NCBI GenBank assembly: GCA_964511055.1
Contig: CAZEDQ010000006.1
Coordinates: forward strand, 1 to 34,557
Direction: 5' to 3'
DNA: 34,557 nt
Origin: an uncultured Gammaproteobacteria bacterium
Lineage (GTDB): Bacteria > Patescibacteriota > Microgenomatia > Curtissbacterales > GWA2-41-24
The notes under the pieces: model-generated
Database searches by the model: none
What the model was told of the DNA's origin: nothing
The model's input: only the letters and a program-made list of their open reading frames with translations
Translations under genes and position numbers: made by a program
Shown: positions 1 to 10,500 of the stretch, in pieces
Numbering within the stretch: position 1 is the first letter of the stretch
Layout of the letters: each line of letters opens with the position of its first letter

Positions 1-66
1 AGGCTGACCAGTTCGGATAGTTTAATTAAAATTTAGGCAAAATGCAAGAGGGAAAAGTAAATTATC

Positions 67-402
67 TTATCTTTTTTTAAAAAGGACTTTTTTAGTAATG
101 CCGGGCATTATTGTCTCTTGGTCATGTATTCTGATTTTCGCTTCGTTTATTTCTCCACCGATATAATTAGCACCGGCTAAATCACCTGGTTCTGGCTCTA
201 GGATAAGATAACTGTCTCCTGATCTTTGAACTGTCCTATTTGATAAATTAACTAAAGGTTTGTATGAACTTTCTTTAGAAATAGATACGTTGGTACCAGG
301 GTTTATTTGCTCTCTTACTACAGGTAGGCCGAATACGGATGTTACAATTTCAACTCTCACGAGTTTAGCTTTCTTTTTTCTCGCCCTTGACTTTGGCAAC
401 AA
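67..402 (-). CDS. hypothetical small protein (98-111 aa), start uncertain
   Basis: Uninterrupted minus-strand ORF directly downstream of fusA. The track start at 400-402 is TTG and overlaps the fusA 3' end by 38 nt. An in-frame GTG at 358-360 lies 4 nt after the fusA stop. Both termini are Lys/Arg-rich. I recognise no family motif; it is neither EF-Tu nor S10. Confidence 0.45.
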   Translation of the reverse strand: MLPKSRARKKKAKLVRVEIVTSVFGLPVVREQINPGTNVSISKESSYKPLVNLSNRTVQRSGDSYLILEPEPGDLAGANYIGGEINEAKIRIHDQETIMPGITKKVLFKKR

Positions 403-2503
403 TTTTGTCGCTGATATTGGTTGGGACTTCTTCGTAGTGTGAAGGCTCCATATATGCGGAGCCGCGGCCTTGGGTCATGGAACGTAGAGTTGTGACATAA
501 CCGGACATCTCGGCCAACGGGACAAGGGCGGTGATGATAACGGAATTACCGTGATGGTCAGAGCCGTGGATTTGGGCGCGTTTTGCGGAAAGGTCACCAA
601 TAACATCCCCCATAAATTCCTCCGGGACAGTGACCTCTACCTTCATTATCGGCTCGAGAAGCACAATGTTTGCGTTTTTGGCTGCAGCCTCAACCGCCAT
701 TGAACCTGCGATTTTAAAAGCGATATCCGAAGAATCTACATCATGATAAGAGCCGTCGTAAACAATAACTTTCATGTCGACTAAAGGGTAACCTGCCAGA
801 ACCCCCATTTCCATTTTTTCGCGGACGCCTTTTTCAATTGATGGGATAAATTCCTGCGGAATGGCGCCACCTTTTATTTCGGACTTATATTCATAGCCTT
901 CACCTCTGGGCCTTGGTTCAACCCTTAAAAGACAATGACCGTATTGGCCGCGGCCTCCAGATTGCCTGATGTATTTGCCTTCGCCTCTGCCCTCTTGTTT
1001 GATTGTTTCGCGGTAAGCAACCTGCGGACTCCCGACGTTGGCAACGACATTAAATTCACGTTTCATACGGTCAACCAGAATTTCCAAGTGCAGTTCACCC
1101 ATGCCCGAGATAATAGTCTGGCCGGTTTCCGGATCACCTTTGATCCTAAAGGTTGGGTCCTCTTCTGATAGACGACCTAAGGCATAACCAAGTTTTTCCT
1201 GGTCTGCTTTAGTTTGCGGTTCAATAGCAAGGGAGATAACCGGATCCGGGAAAGAAATTGATTCTAGAATAATAGGACGGCTTTCATCGCAAAGTGTGTC
1301 CCCTGTTCCGGTGCTTTTAAGGCCTACTATTGCGACTATTTCACCTGCGTAGGCTTCGGTAACTTCCTCACGGGTGTTGGCATGCATCAAGAGGATTCTG
1401 CCAATCCGTTCCCGGTCATGCTTTCCGGTGTTTAAAACCGATGTTCCGGATTTTAGGATGCCGGAATAAACCCGAACATAAGTGAGTTTTCCGACATGTG
1501 GGTCTATCTGGACTTTGAAAGCAAGACCGCAAAAAGCTTCTTCCGGTACTAATTTTCTGACTTCTTTTTCTTCTGTTTTTGGATTTGTGCCTTCTACCGA
1601 CTGGATGTCTTGCGGTGAAGGGAGGTATTCAACAACAGCATCCAAAAGCGGTTGGACCCCTTTATTGCGAAGGGATGAACCGGCTAAAACCGGTACAATT
1701 TTGTAGTCGATAACGGCACGTCTCAGTGCTTTTTTAAGATCCTCTTCGGAAATTACTTCGCCTTTTAGGAATTTTTCCGTTAAGGCATCGTCGGTTTCGG
1801 CAATTTTTTCAACAAGCTGAGCCCTGTATTTTTGGGCATCTTCTTTTAATTCCTGCGGGATTTCTATTTCCTTAAATTCTTTACCTAAACCTTTGGGGTC
1901 TACTTCCCAAATGAATGCCTTTTGGCTTAGGAGGTCGACAACCCCTTTAAAATCATTTTCCTTACCGATAGGAATGTTATAGGGAACTGCGGGAGCGCCT
2001 AATCGTTGACGGATTGATTTTAAGGTTTCAAAGTAGTCCGCACCAAGTTTGTCCATTTTGTTAATAAAACAAATTCTGGGAACTTTGTATTTGTCTGCCT
2101 GGCGCCAGACTGTTTCGGATTGAGATTGGACACCTTCTTCGGCATCGAGGACAGTGACGCCTCCGTCTAATACGCGTAGTGACCTTTCGACTTCAGCCGT
2201 GAAATCTACGTGGCCGGGAGTATCGATGATGTTGATTCTGCTTTCAACATCTTTCATTGGGCCGGACTTTGGCGTCCAGAAAGTGGTGACGGCTGCGGAA
2301 ACGATAGTTATGCCCCGTTCTTTTTCCTGCTCCATCCAGTCGGTTACCGTTGTACCTTCGTCGATGTTGCCAAGCTTATATGATTTGCCGGTGTAAAAAA
2401 GAATCCGCTCGGTTGTGGTGGTTTTCCCAGCGTCGATATGGGCAATGATACCAATATTTCTGATCCTATCGAGTGGATAGAGTCTGGTTTGTGTCTGGGC
2501 CAT
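365..2503 (-). CDS. fusA: translation elongation factor G
   Basis: 712 aa. N-terminal G domain reads [26 protein letters not shown], followed by DTPGHVDF and NKMDK. Sits in the usual position after rpsL-rpsG. Confidence 0.97.
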   Translation of the reverse strand: MAQTQTRLYPLDRIRNIGIIAHIDAGKTTTTERILFYTGKSYKLGNIDEGTTVTDWMEQEKERGITIVSAAVTTFWTPKSGPMKDVESRINIIDTPGHVDFTAEVERSLRVLDGGVTVLDAEEGVQSQSETVWRQADKYKVPRICFINKMDKLGADYFETLKSIRQRLGAPAVPYNIPIGKENDFKGVVDLLSQKAFIWEVDPKGLGKEFKEIEIPQELKEDAQKYRAQLVEKIAETDDALTEKFLKGEVISEEDLKKALRRAVIDYKIVPVLAGSSLRNKGVQPLLDAVVEYLPSPQDIQSVEGTNPKTEEKEVRKLVPEEAFCGLAFKVQIDPHVGKLTYVRVYSGILKSGTSVLNTGKHDRERIGRILLMHANTREEVTEAYAGEIVAIVGLKSTGTGDTLCDESRPIILESISFPDPVISLAIEPQTKADQEKLGYALGRLSEEDPTFRIKGDPETGQTIISGMGELHLEILVDRMKREFNVVANVGSPQVAYRETIKQEGRGEGKYIRQSGGRGQYGHCLLRVEPRPRGEGYEYKSEIKGGAIPQEFIPSIEKGVREKMEMGVLAGYPLVDMKVIVYDGSYHDVDSSDIAFKIAGSMAVEAAAKNANIVLLEPIMKVEVTVPEEFMGDVIGDLSAKRAQIHGSDHHGNSVIITALVPLAEMSGYVTTLRSMTQGRGSAYMEPSHYEEVPTNISDKIVAKVKGEKKES

Positions 2504-2518
2504 TATTGTTTTGTGTGA

Positions 2519-2770
2519 TTATTGTTTTGGTTTGCCGGCTTCGATCTGATGTTCAATGATTTTAATTTCGCCTTTTATTTCTGCAACCATTGCACGAAGG
2601 ACGGAAACTTCTTCATCTGCAAGCTCCCAGGCAGCATTTTCCTGCCATGCCGAACTAGACTCTTGATAAGCCTCTCCGTATTTTGCCAAAGCTTGTTTGA
2701 GTTTGACCTCTTCCAGCTCTTGGAGTTTTGTCTTAAGTTGCTTTAATTTTTGTGCTTTTGATATTGCCAT
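2519..2770 (-). CDS. 83-aa helical-hairpin (coiled-coil) protein, possibly Gre-factor N-terminal-domain-like
   Basis: ATG start at 2768-2770. The ORF fills the rpsG-fusA gap and stops 15 nt before the fusA ATG. It has two long heptad-like helices joined by an acidic turn (EAYQESSSAWQENAAWELADEE), which resembles the GreA tip segment [16 protein letters not shown]. Confidence 0.6.
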   Translation of the reverse strand: MAISKAQKLKQLKTKLQELEEVKLKQALAKYGEAYQESSSAWQENAAWELADEEVSVLRAMVAEIKGEIKIIEHQIEAGKPKQ

Positions 2771-2863
2771 AAAATCAATAGGTTATATTGAACAGAAAAA
2801 CATCAATAATTTCAATAGGTTGAAAACTCAAGCGGGAATCATATCACAAGGGTATATTATAAT

Positions 2864-3361
2864 CTACCACCTGAAGTGAGCAAAGGCTTTGTTGGCCTCG
2901 GCCATCCTGTGCATTTCCTCCTTCTTGGTAACTGCACTACCGGTATTTTCCGCTGCTTTTAAGATTTCGTCGGTAAGCTTGGTAATCATAAGCGGTTTGT
3001 TTTTAGGTTTTTCCTCTATGGATGATGCCGCTCTTGATCTTGCTGCTGCAACAATCCAGGAAAGTGCAAGTGATTGGCGTCTTGGGCCCCTAACTTCCAT
3101 TGGGACCATATAGCTTGCCCCCCCTACACGTCTGGGTCTTACTTCCATTTTGGGCATAACATTTTCCAGGGCTTTTTCAAATGTTTTCAAGGGGTCATGG
3201 CCCTGGTTTTTTATGTTATTAAATGCCTCATAAACAATTTTTTGCGCCAAGGATTTTTTACCGCTAGCCATTACTTTATTTATAAACCTGGAAACCAAAG
3301 GGTTTTGGTATATCGGGTCCGGTGGAATTTGTCTTTTTTCGATTTTACCTGTTCTTGGCAT
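2864..3361 (-). CDS. rpsG: 30S ribosomal protein S7
   Basis: 165 aa. Starts [18 protein letters not shown] and ends [10 protein letters not shown], both typical of S7. Located after rpsL. Confidence 0.97.
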   Translation of the reverse strand: MPRTGKIEKRQIPPDPIYQNPLVSRFINKVMASGKKSLAQKIVYEAFNNIKNQGHDPLKTFEKALENVMPKMEVRPRRVGGASYMVPMEVRGPRRQSLALSWIVAAARSRAASSIEEKPKNKPLMITKLTDEILKAAENTGSAVTKKEEMHRMAEANKAFAHFRW

Positions 3362-3370
3362 ATTAGTGAC

Positions 3371-3838
3371 CTAACCTTGGGAAACCGCGCCGGCACCTAC
3401 TGATGCTGCAGCCTGGACTCCTGATACGGCTCCTGATTTTTTGGTTCCATAAAGTGAGCGTCCTTGTTTTCTGTTGACCACCCCGGTCGTGTCATATTTC
3501 CCACGAATTATGTGGTATTTAACTCCCGGTAAATCTTTAACCCTGCCGCCTCGGACTAAAACTATCGAGTGCTCCGCCAGTTCATGGCCAATACCCGGTA
3601 TATAAGCAGTTACTTCATGTTTATTGGAAAGGCGAACACGGGCAACTTTTCTAAGTGCCGAGTTTGGTTTTTTGGGTGTCATGGTTTTGACGATTGTACA
3701 AACACCGCGTTTTTGGCTTGAGGAATAGGAAACAAACCGGTTGAATTTAGAATTAAAAGCACGACGAAGCGCAGTCGCCCTGATCCTTTTGGACTTTGTG
3801 CTTCTACCTTTTCTGATTAGTTGATTTATTGTTGGCAT
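3371..3838 (-). CDS. rpsL: 30S ribosomal protein S12 with C-terminal Ala/Gly/Val/Ser-rich extension
   Basis: Contains [29 protein letters not shown] and [15 protein letters not shown]. At 155 aa it is longer than the usual ~124 aa, owing to an N-terminal insert and the tail [23 protein letters not shown]. Confidence 0.97.
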   Translation of the reverse strand: MPTINQLIRKGRSTKSKRIRATALRRAFNSKFNRFVSYSSSQKRGVCTIVKTMTPKKPNSALRKVARVRLSNKHEVTAYIPGIGHELAEHSIVLVRGGRVKDLPGVKYHIIRGKYDTTGVVNRKQGRSLYGTKKSGAVSGVQAAASVGAGAVSQG

Positions 3839-3863
3839 AAATACCTTTTAAATTCGTTTGGAT

Positions 3864-3892
3864 ATTATATCAGTGATAACTTTTATAGTCGA
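3864..3892 (-). promoter_or_regulatory. candidate sigma70-type promoter for rpsL-rpsG
   Basis: Read on the minus strand: TCGACT (3887-3892), 17-nt spacer, TATAAT (3864-3869). The -10 element ends 25 nt upstream of the rpsL ATG. Confidence 0.35.
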
Positions 3893-3907
3893 GTGGTATT
3901 TGGCTTG

Positions 3908-6900
3908 TTATTGAACTTTGGCCCTTTCAGGACTTGTTGGTATCAGGCGGCCGATAATTACATTTTCTTTAAGTCCCAATAGCTTGTCCACTTTGCCCTC
4001 AATAGCCGCGTCGGTTAAAATTCGCGTTGTTTCCTGGAACGAGGCTGCCGATAAGAAGCTTTCTGTGTAAAGGGCAGCTCTTGTTATGCCCAAAATAACA
4101 ACTTGGGCTGTTGCCGGTTCACCGCCTTCGGCAAGAACTTTGGAATTTTCTTCCTGAAACCTATTTCTGTCTATCAGCTCACCCGGTAAAAGCACCGTGT
4201 CACCGGAAGTCTCGATCCTGACTTTTGAGCTCATTTGTTTGACAATTGATTCAAAGTGTTTGTCGTTTATAGCCACACCTTGGCTTTCGTACACTTCCTG
4301 GGCACCCGAGATAATATACCTTTGGGCTTCACGCAAACCGGATACTGCCAATATTTCCTTAGTATCCAGGTAGCCTGTTGATAGCGGTGTCCCTGCGGCA
4401 ATTAATTGTCCGTCGGTGATTGTGAGTTCTGAAGTAGGCGGAATAAAGTATTCCCTTTCGATAACAGGCTTAAGGCTCGTACTTTTTACCCTTACAATGT
4501 ACCCTTCTTCGTTCTCTTCGATTTTTGCCTTGCCGGCAATTTCAGAAATCTGGGCTGCATATTTTGGCGTTCTCGCTTCAAAAAGTTCTTCGACCCGGGG
4601 TAATCCTTGTGTAATATCAAGACCTACTATTCCTCCTGTGTGAAAGGTTCTCATAGTCAGCTGCGTGCCCGGCTCACCAATACTTTGGGCAGCAATCACT
4701 CCAACCGGTGTTCCAAGGGCTACCATTTTCCTGGTAACCAAGTCGCGTCCGTAGCACATCATACAAAGCCCATGTCTCGCTTCACAGGTTAAGACCGAAC
4801 GGACGGTTATTTGTTCTATTCCTGCTGTGTCAATCGCTTGGGCCATTGCCTCATCTATAAGTGTTCCCGCTGCGACGATTACCTTTTTGCTCTTTTGGGC
4901 CATAATATCTGCTGCTGCGACACGCCCCATAACCCTGAGACTGAAGTGTGCTTGACGCTTATCATGCTTGGAAATGACTATACCTTCTTTGGTCCCACAA
5001 TCTTCAATGCGGATAATAGCATCATGGGCTACATCAACAAGTCTTCTGGTAAGATACCCTGATTCGGCAGTTTTGATAGCACGGTCTGCTAGCCCTTTTC
5101 TGGCACCCCGAGCGCTGGTAAAGTATTCAAAAACTGAAAGACCCTCGCGGAAATTGGATTTTATTGGAAGCGGTACAATTTGGCCTGAAGGATCTGTTAC
5201 AAGACCACGCATTGCAGAAAGCTGTTTTATTTGTTCCGCCGTTGCCCTTGATCCACCTGAGTCGGATATAATCTTTATGGCGTTGTCCTGGTTTAGGTTT
5301 CTCCAAGTTAAATCGGCAAGTTCATTTGTAACCGAAAGCCAAACTTCCTGCGAAAGCCGTTTTTGTTCTTCTTTTGTGATAAGTCCCATTTTGTAATTTT
5401 TCTCGATTGTTTCAACTTCTTTGTCCGCTTTCTGAATAATTTTTGATTTATCGGAGACAATAACACAGTCAAATACCGAAACCGAAAGACCGGAAAATGT
5501 TGCACCTTCGAATCCCAAACCCTTAAGCCTGTCAATTAAAGCTGAAACTTCTTCTTCCGGGATCTGGTCGATGGCATCATTTATGATTTTCTTAATCATC
5601 CCTGCGGATATTGTTTCGTTTATATAACGCATGCTTTGAGGAAGCTGCAAATTAAACCGGACTCTTCCGGGTGTAGTTTTGATGATTTTTCCTTCAAACC
5701 TAACCGTTATTGGTTGTCTGACATCTATTTTCCTTGTACTTAAAGCCGTTAGAACCTCATTCTCGCTTTCGAAAATGTTTCCATATTCTTCTTGAGTAGG
5801 ATCAATCGAGGTCAAGTAATACGCACCTAGGGCCATTTCCTTGTTTGGCAAGGTTATCGGTGAACCGTCTGCTGGCCTGACAAGATTTCGTGCTGCCATC
5901 ATTAAACTTATTGCCTCTTCTTTGGATTTTGCAGAAAGAGGAACGTGGATTGCCATTTGGTCGCCGTCAAAATCTGCATTAAAACCGGCGCAAATACATG
6001 GATGGATTCTGAGAGCATCGCCTTCAATTAAAATCGGATAAAATGCCTGAATACCTAATCTGTGCAAAGTAGGCGCACGGTTAAGAAGAATAGGGTGATT
6101 TTTGGTAATTTCTTCAAGGATATCCCAAACTTCACCGCTTCTTCTTTCAAGATAATGCTTGGCGCTTTTTACATTGGGTGCAAAGCCCCTGGTGATTACT
6201 TCCCTGAGAACAAAGGGTTTAAACATTTCGAGTGCCATTTCTTTGGGAATACCCGCTTGCTCCAAACCAAGCTCCGGGCCAACTACGATTACGGACCTGC
6301 CGGAATAATCAACACGCTTACCTAGAAGGTTTTGCCTAAACCTACCCTGTTTACCCCGAAGCATGTCGGAAAGTGACCTTAGTTCTTGTTGTGATCTTGT
6401 GCTTTTGACCCTCTGTGAATCGATTAGGGCATCGACTGCTTCCTGAAGCATTCTTTTTTCGTTTCTAAGAATTATTTCCGGTGCCCCAAGTTCGATTAGT
6501 TTTTTCAGACGATTGTTACGATTTATGACTCTTCGGTAAAGGTCGTTTAAGTCTGAAGTTGCAAACCTGCCACCGGAAAGCTGGACCATGGGCCGAAGGT
6601 CCGGAGGAAGAACCGGTAAGACTTTGATGATCATCCACTTCGGGTCGACACTCGCTTTTCTCATGCTTTCAACAACCCTCAAACGTTTGGTTGCTTTAAT
6701 GTGTCTCTGGCCGGAAGTTTTGGTGATTTCAGAGCGAAGTGAAACCGAAAGCTTTGCGAGATCAACCTTTTCGAGTACGGAATATACTGCCTCCGCACCC
6801 ATACCAACGTTTAGAAATTCTTCGGCATCATAATCTGAAAGTTTGAGATATTCTTCCTCGGACAGAAGATCAAATTGCTTAATTGAATTGACCATATCTG

Positions 6901-7591
6901 CGATGTTCTTGTAAATTTCTTCAAGCCTTGAAATTTCCTGGGCATTTTCTTCCCTAAGTTTTGCCTGCCTTTGGCGCATACTGAGCTGGGTTTCTTCGAT
7001 TTTTAGTTCCGCCTGCTCTTTACCCTTACCGCCGGTTTTTATAGCCGTAACTTCCTTTTTGGCTTCTTTTTCCTCTTCGTCCAAACGCTGCTTCAAACCT
7101 TGTTGCTGCTCTTTCCTTTTCTTCTCAACTTCATCTTCCAGCTGTTTTAAGACTTCCTTTTTCTTTTCCTGGTCAATATCTATGACAAGATAAGATGCAA
7201 AATAGACAACAGCATCGAGGCTCCTTGGTGAAATGTCTAAAAGTAAACCAAGCTTTGAAGGGCTTCCTTTAAAAAACCAGTTGTGAACAACAGGTGCCGC
7301 TAGGGAAATATGGCCCATCCTCTCGCGTCTGACCCTGGAATGGGTTACTTCGACTCCACATTTGTCACAGATGATTCCCCTGTATCTTATTCTCTTGTAT
7401 TTACCACAATAACATTCCCAATCTTTCGTCGGACCAAATATTCTTTCGTCAAAAAGGCCGTCTTTTTCGGGTTTTAAGGTACGGTAATTTATAGTCTCGG
7501 GTTTGGTAACTTCGCCAAACGACCAGCCTTTTATATCCTCAGTTGATGCTAAAGTTAACCTTAATGCTTCAAAGTCAATTAATTCGTTCAT
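3908..7591 (-). CDS. rpoC: DNA-directed RNA polymerase subunit beta'
   Basis: 1227 aa. Has the Zn-binding CYCGKY...CDKCGVEV segment and the catalytic NADFDGD motif. Its ATG overlaps the rpoB stop (ATGA). Confidence 0.98.
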   Translation of the reverse strand: MNELIDFEALRLTLASTEDIKGWSFGEVTKPETINYRTLKPEKDGLFDERIFGPTKDWECYCGKYKRIRYRGIICDKCGVEVTHSRVRRERMGHISLAAPVVHNWFFKGSPSKLGLLLDISPRSLDAVVYFASYLVIDIDQEKKKEVLKQLEDEVEKKRKEQQQGLKQRLDEEEKEAKKEVTAIKTGGKGKEQAELKIEETQLSMRQRQAKLREENAQEISRLEEIYKNIADMVNSIKQFDLLSEEEYLKLSDYDAEEFLNVGMGAEAVYSVLEKVDLAKLSVSLRSEITKTSGQRHIKATKRLRVVESMRKASVDPKWMIIKVLPVLPPDLRPMVQLSGGRFATSDLNDLYRRVINRNNRLKKLIELGAPEIILRNEKRMLQEAVDALIDSQRVKSTRSQQELRSLSDMLRGKQGRFRQNLLGKRVDYSGRSVIVVGPELGLEQAGIPKEMALEMFKPFVLREVITRGFAPNVKSAKHYLERRSGEVWDILEEITKNHPILLNRAPTLHRLGIQAFYPILIEGDALRIHPCICAGFNADFDGDQMAIHVPLSAKSKEEAISLMMAARNLVRPADGSPITLPNKEMALGAYYLTSIDPTQEEYGNIFESENEVLTALSTRKIDVRQPITVRFEGKIIKTTPGRVRFNLQLPQSMRYINETISAGMIKKIINDAIDQIPEEEVSALIDRLKGLGFEGATFSGLSVSVFDCVIVSDKSKIIQKADKEVETIEKNYKMGLITKEEQKRLSQEVWLSVTNELADLTWRNLNQDNAIKIISDSGGSRATAEQIKQLSAMRGLVTDPSGQIVPLPIKSNFREGLSVFEYFTSARGARKGLADRAIKTAESGYLTRRLVDVAHDAIIRIEDCGTKEGIVISKHDKRQAHFSLRVMGRVAAADIMAQKSKKVIVAAGTLIDEAMAQAIDTAGIEQITVRSVLTCEARHGLCMMCYGRDLVTRKMVALGTPVGVIAAQSIGEPGTQLTMRTFHTGGIVGLDITQGLPRVEELFEARTPKYAAQISEIAGKAKIEENEEGYIVRVKSTSLKPVIEREYFIPPTSELTITDGQLIAAGTPLSTGYLDTKEILAVSGLREAQRYIISGAQEVYESQGVAINDKHFESIVKQMSSKVRIETSGDTVLLPGELIDRNRFQEENSKVLAEGGEPATAQVVILGITRAALYTESFLSAASFQETTRILTDAAIEGKVDKLLGLKENVIIGRLIPTSPERAKVQ

Positions 7592-10500
7592 GGTGTTTTT
7601 TGAACCTCCGCAGCTTCTTCAAGTTCCATTGGTCCTTTAATGTTGGTAATTTCGCTTTCAACCCCGACTATCTCTTCACCTGAGGCAACTGCCAACTCAA
7701 GACCTTTCTTTTCTTCTTCTTCCGTTTTTGGTGTTACCTTTTCTTCCTCAACCGTTTTTGCGCCAACCGTTTGAACATTTAAGGACAAACTGTTTAGTTC
7801 CTTTACCAAAACTTTAAATGATTCCGGAATAAGTGCCTGTGGTATTTCTTCACCCTTGATGATTGCCTCGAAGGCCTTCGCCCTGCCGACTACGTCGTCG
7901 GACTTTATTGTTAACATTTCCTGCAAAGTGTATGCCGCTCCGTAAGCTTCAAGAGCCCAAACTTCCATCTCTCCAAGTCTTTGTCCGCCCATCTGAGCCT
8001 TACCACCAAGAGGCTGTTGGGTAATAAGAGAGTACGGGCCTGTTGACCTGGCATGGGTTTTGTCTTCTACCATGTGGATAAGTTTCATAATGTAGGCTTT
8101 ACCGACTACGATCGGGCGGTCGAATGTAAGACCTGTCCTTCCGTCATAGAGTGTGGCGCGGCCATCTGTGGGTAAGCCGGCCTTTTTGAGTTCGGTTACA
8201 ATGTTTTCTTCACGAATTTGTTCAAAAACGGGCAGGCCAACTTTATAGTTAAGCTTATCTGCTGCCCAACCTAAGTGCGTTTCCAAAAGCTGACCCAGGT
8301 TCATTCTGGAAAGAACCGAAAGGGGACTGATGATTATATCGATTGGAGTTCCATCTTCCATATAGGGCATGTCTGCCTGGGGAACAATTTTTGAAATGAC
8401 ACCTTTATTGCCGTGACGGCCTGCAAGTTTGTCCCCAACGACCACTTTACGCATCTGGGCAACCTTAACAACGATCTTGGAAACCGCACCATGTTCAAGT
8501 TCGTCACCTTTATCGCGTGAAAGTATTTTTATGTCAATTACCGTCCCTTTTTCTCCATGAGGCATTCTAAGTGACGTGTCACGGACTTCCCTGGCTTTTT
8601 CCCCAAAGATTGTCCTAAGCAGTCTTTCTTCCGCTGTCAGCTCCGTTTCTCCTTTGGGGGCAATTTTGCCTACTAAAATGTCGTTCGGGCCAACCTCCGC
8701 ACCAACAACAACGATGCCTTCATCGTCTAAATTGGCCAAATCTTCTTCTGATACATTGGGGATATCTCTTGTTGTCTCTTCGGGGCCAAGTTTTGTTTCG
8801 ACAACTGATGTTTCGTATTCCTCTATGTGAATCGAGGTTAGAACATCTTCTTTTGAAAGCCTGTCGGAGATGACTATTGCGTCTTCATAACCTAGTCCAT
8901 CAAAACTCATGTAAGCTATGGTTAAATTTTGGCCGAGAGCAAGTTCTCCGTCTTCAGTTGCAGAACCGTCAATTATGATGTCACCTTTTTTGATTTTTTC
9001 ACCGGAAGTTACACGAGGTCTTTGGGAATAACATGTACTTTGGGGAGACCTGGCAAATTTTTGTATTGGAATAGTAACTTCTTCCGATTTGCCTGACGCG
9101 GATTTTGTTTTGATTATTATTTTTTTACTGTCGACATATATTACTTCACCGTCTTGTGGAGTCCTGACTGCCCTACCCATATTTATCCCAACAACTTCTT
9201 CCATACCAGTACCGACTATTGGTGATTGCGGTTTAATGAGAGGGACAGCTTGGCATTGCATGTGCGTACCCATCAAGGCACGGTTAGCTTCGTCGTGAGC
9301 CAGAAACGGGATTAAGGATGCAGACGTTCCAACAACCTGCCTTGGCACGACGTCTATAAAATTGACCATGTTTTGGGCCGCGGTTGTAAATTCTCCGTTA
9401 TAGCGGACAGGCACTCTTTCCTCGGCAATATAGCCTTTTGAATCAACGGCAATTTGTGCATGGGTAATGTAATAGTCTTCCTCATCGTCGGCTGCCAGGT
9501 AAACAATTTCGTTTGTGACTACTGCTTTACCGTTTTTGTCTTTGGCAACTTTCCTGTAAGGCGCTTCGAGAAAACCGTAATCGTTTACTCGGCAATAAAG
9601 AGCCATATATGTAACAAGTCCGATATTCGGGCCCTCGGGAGAGCGAATCGGACAAATTCGGGAATATTGGGAATGATTAATGTCGCGTATTGAAAAAGCG
9701 GCCCTTTCCCTGGCGATTCCACCCGTACCCATAACAGTTAAACGCCTTAAGTTATCGAGCTCTGCCAGCGGATTTGTCTGGTCTAAAATTGTTGAAAGTT
9801 GTGAGGAGCGGAAAAATTCATTTATTGCGGAGATGATTGGTCTTGCGTTTATAAGGGTTGCGGGGGAAGGAAGGGGCTCATCTACAGGAGTAAGGCTCAT
9901 TCTTTCCTTAATGACCCTTTCAAGCCTAAGCATGCCGATCCTAAAAGCATTTTGTGCAACTAATTCCCCAACTCTCCTTAAGCGCCTGTTACCAAGATGG
10001 TCAATATCATCAACTCTGCCTTTACCTGCTAAAAGGTCAAATAAGTAGGCAATTGAGGCTATAAAATCGGCGGATGTCAAAATTTGGCTATCTGCATCTG
10101 AATTTTGAGAATTAGTAACTCTTTCCTTTATGTGTTTAAGGCGCTTTTGGACCTTATATCTTCCAACCTTGCCCAGGGAATACCTGCGAGGATTGAAAAA
10201 CATGTTTTCTATGAGTGCCTTAGCATTGTCCAGAATGACATGGTCGCCCGGGCGCATCCTTCTGTAAATCTCCAATAAGGCTTCGTCTTGAGTGCTAGTT
10301 GCGTCCTTTTCCAGAGTGTTTAAAACAAAATGTTTGGTGTTTTCATCTATAACGGGTTCGAAAAGTTTGATGATGGCTTCATTATCCTCAAAGCCGATGG
10401 CTCTTAAAAACGTTGTTACGGGGAATTTTCTTCGTCTGTCTATTTTAACAGTGATAACGTCGTTTTTAGTGATTGCAAATTCTAACCAGGAACCGCGAAG

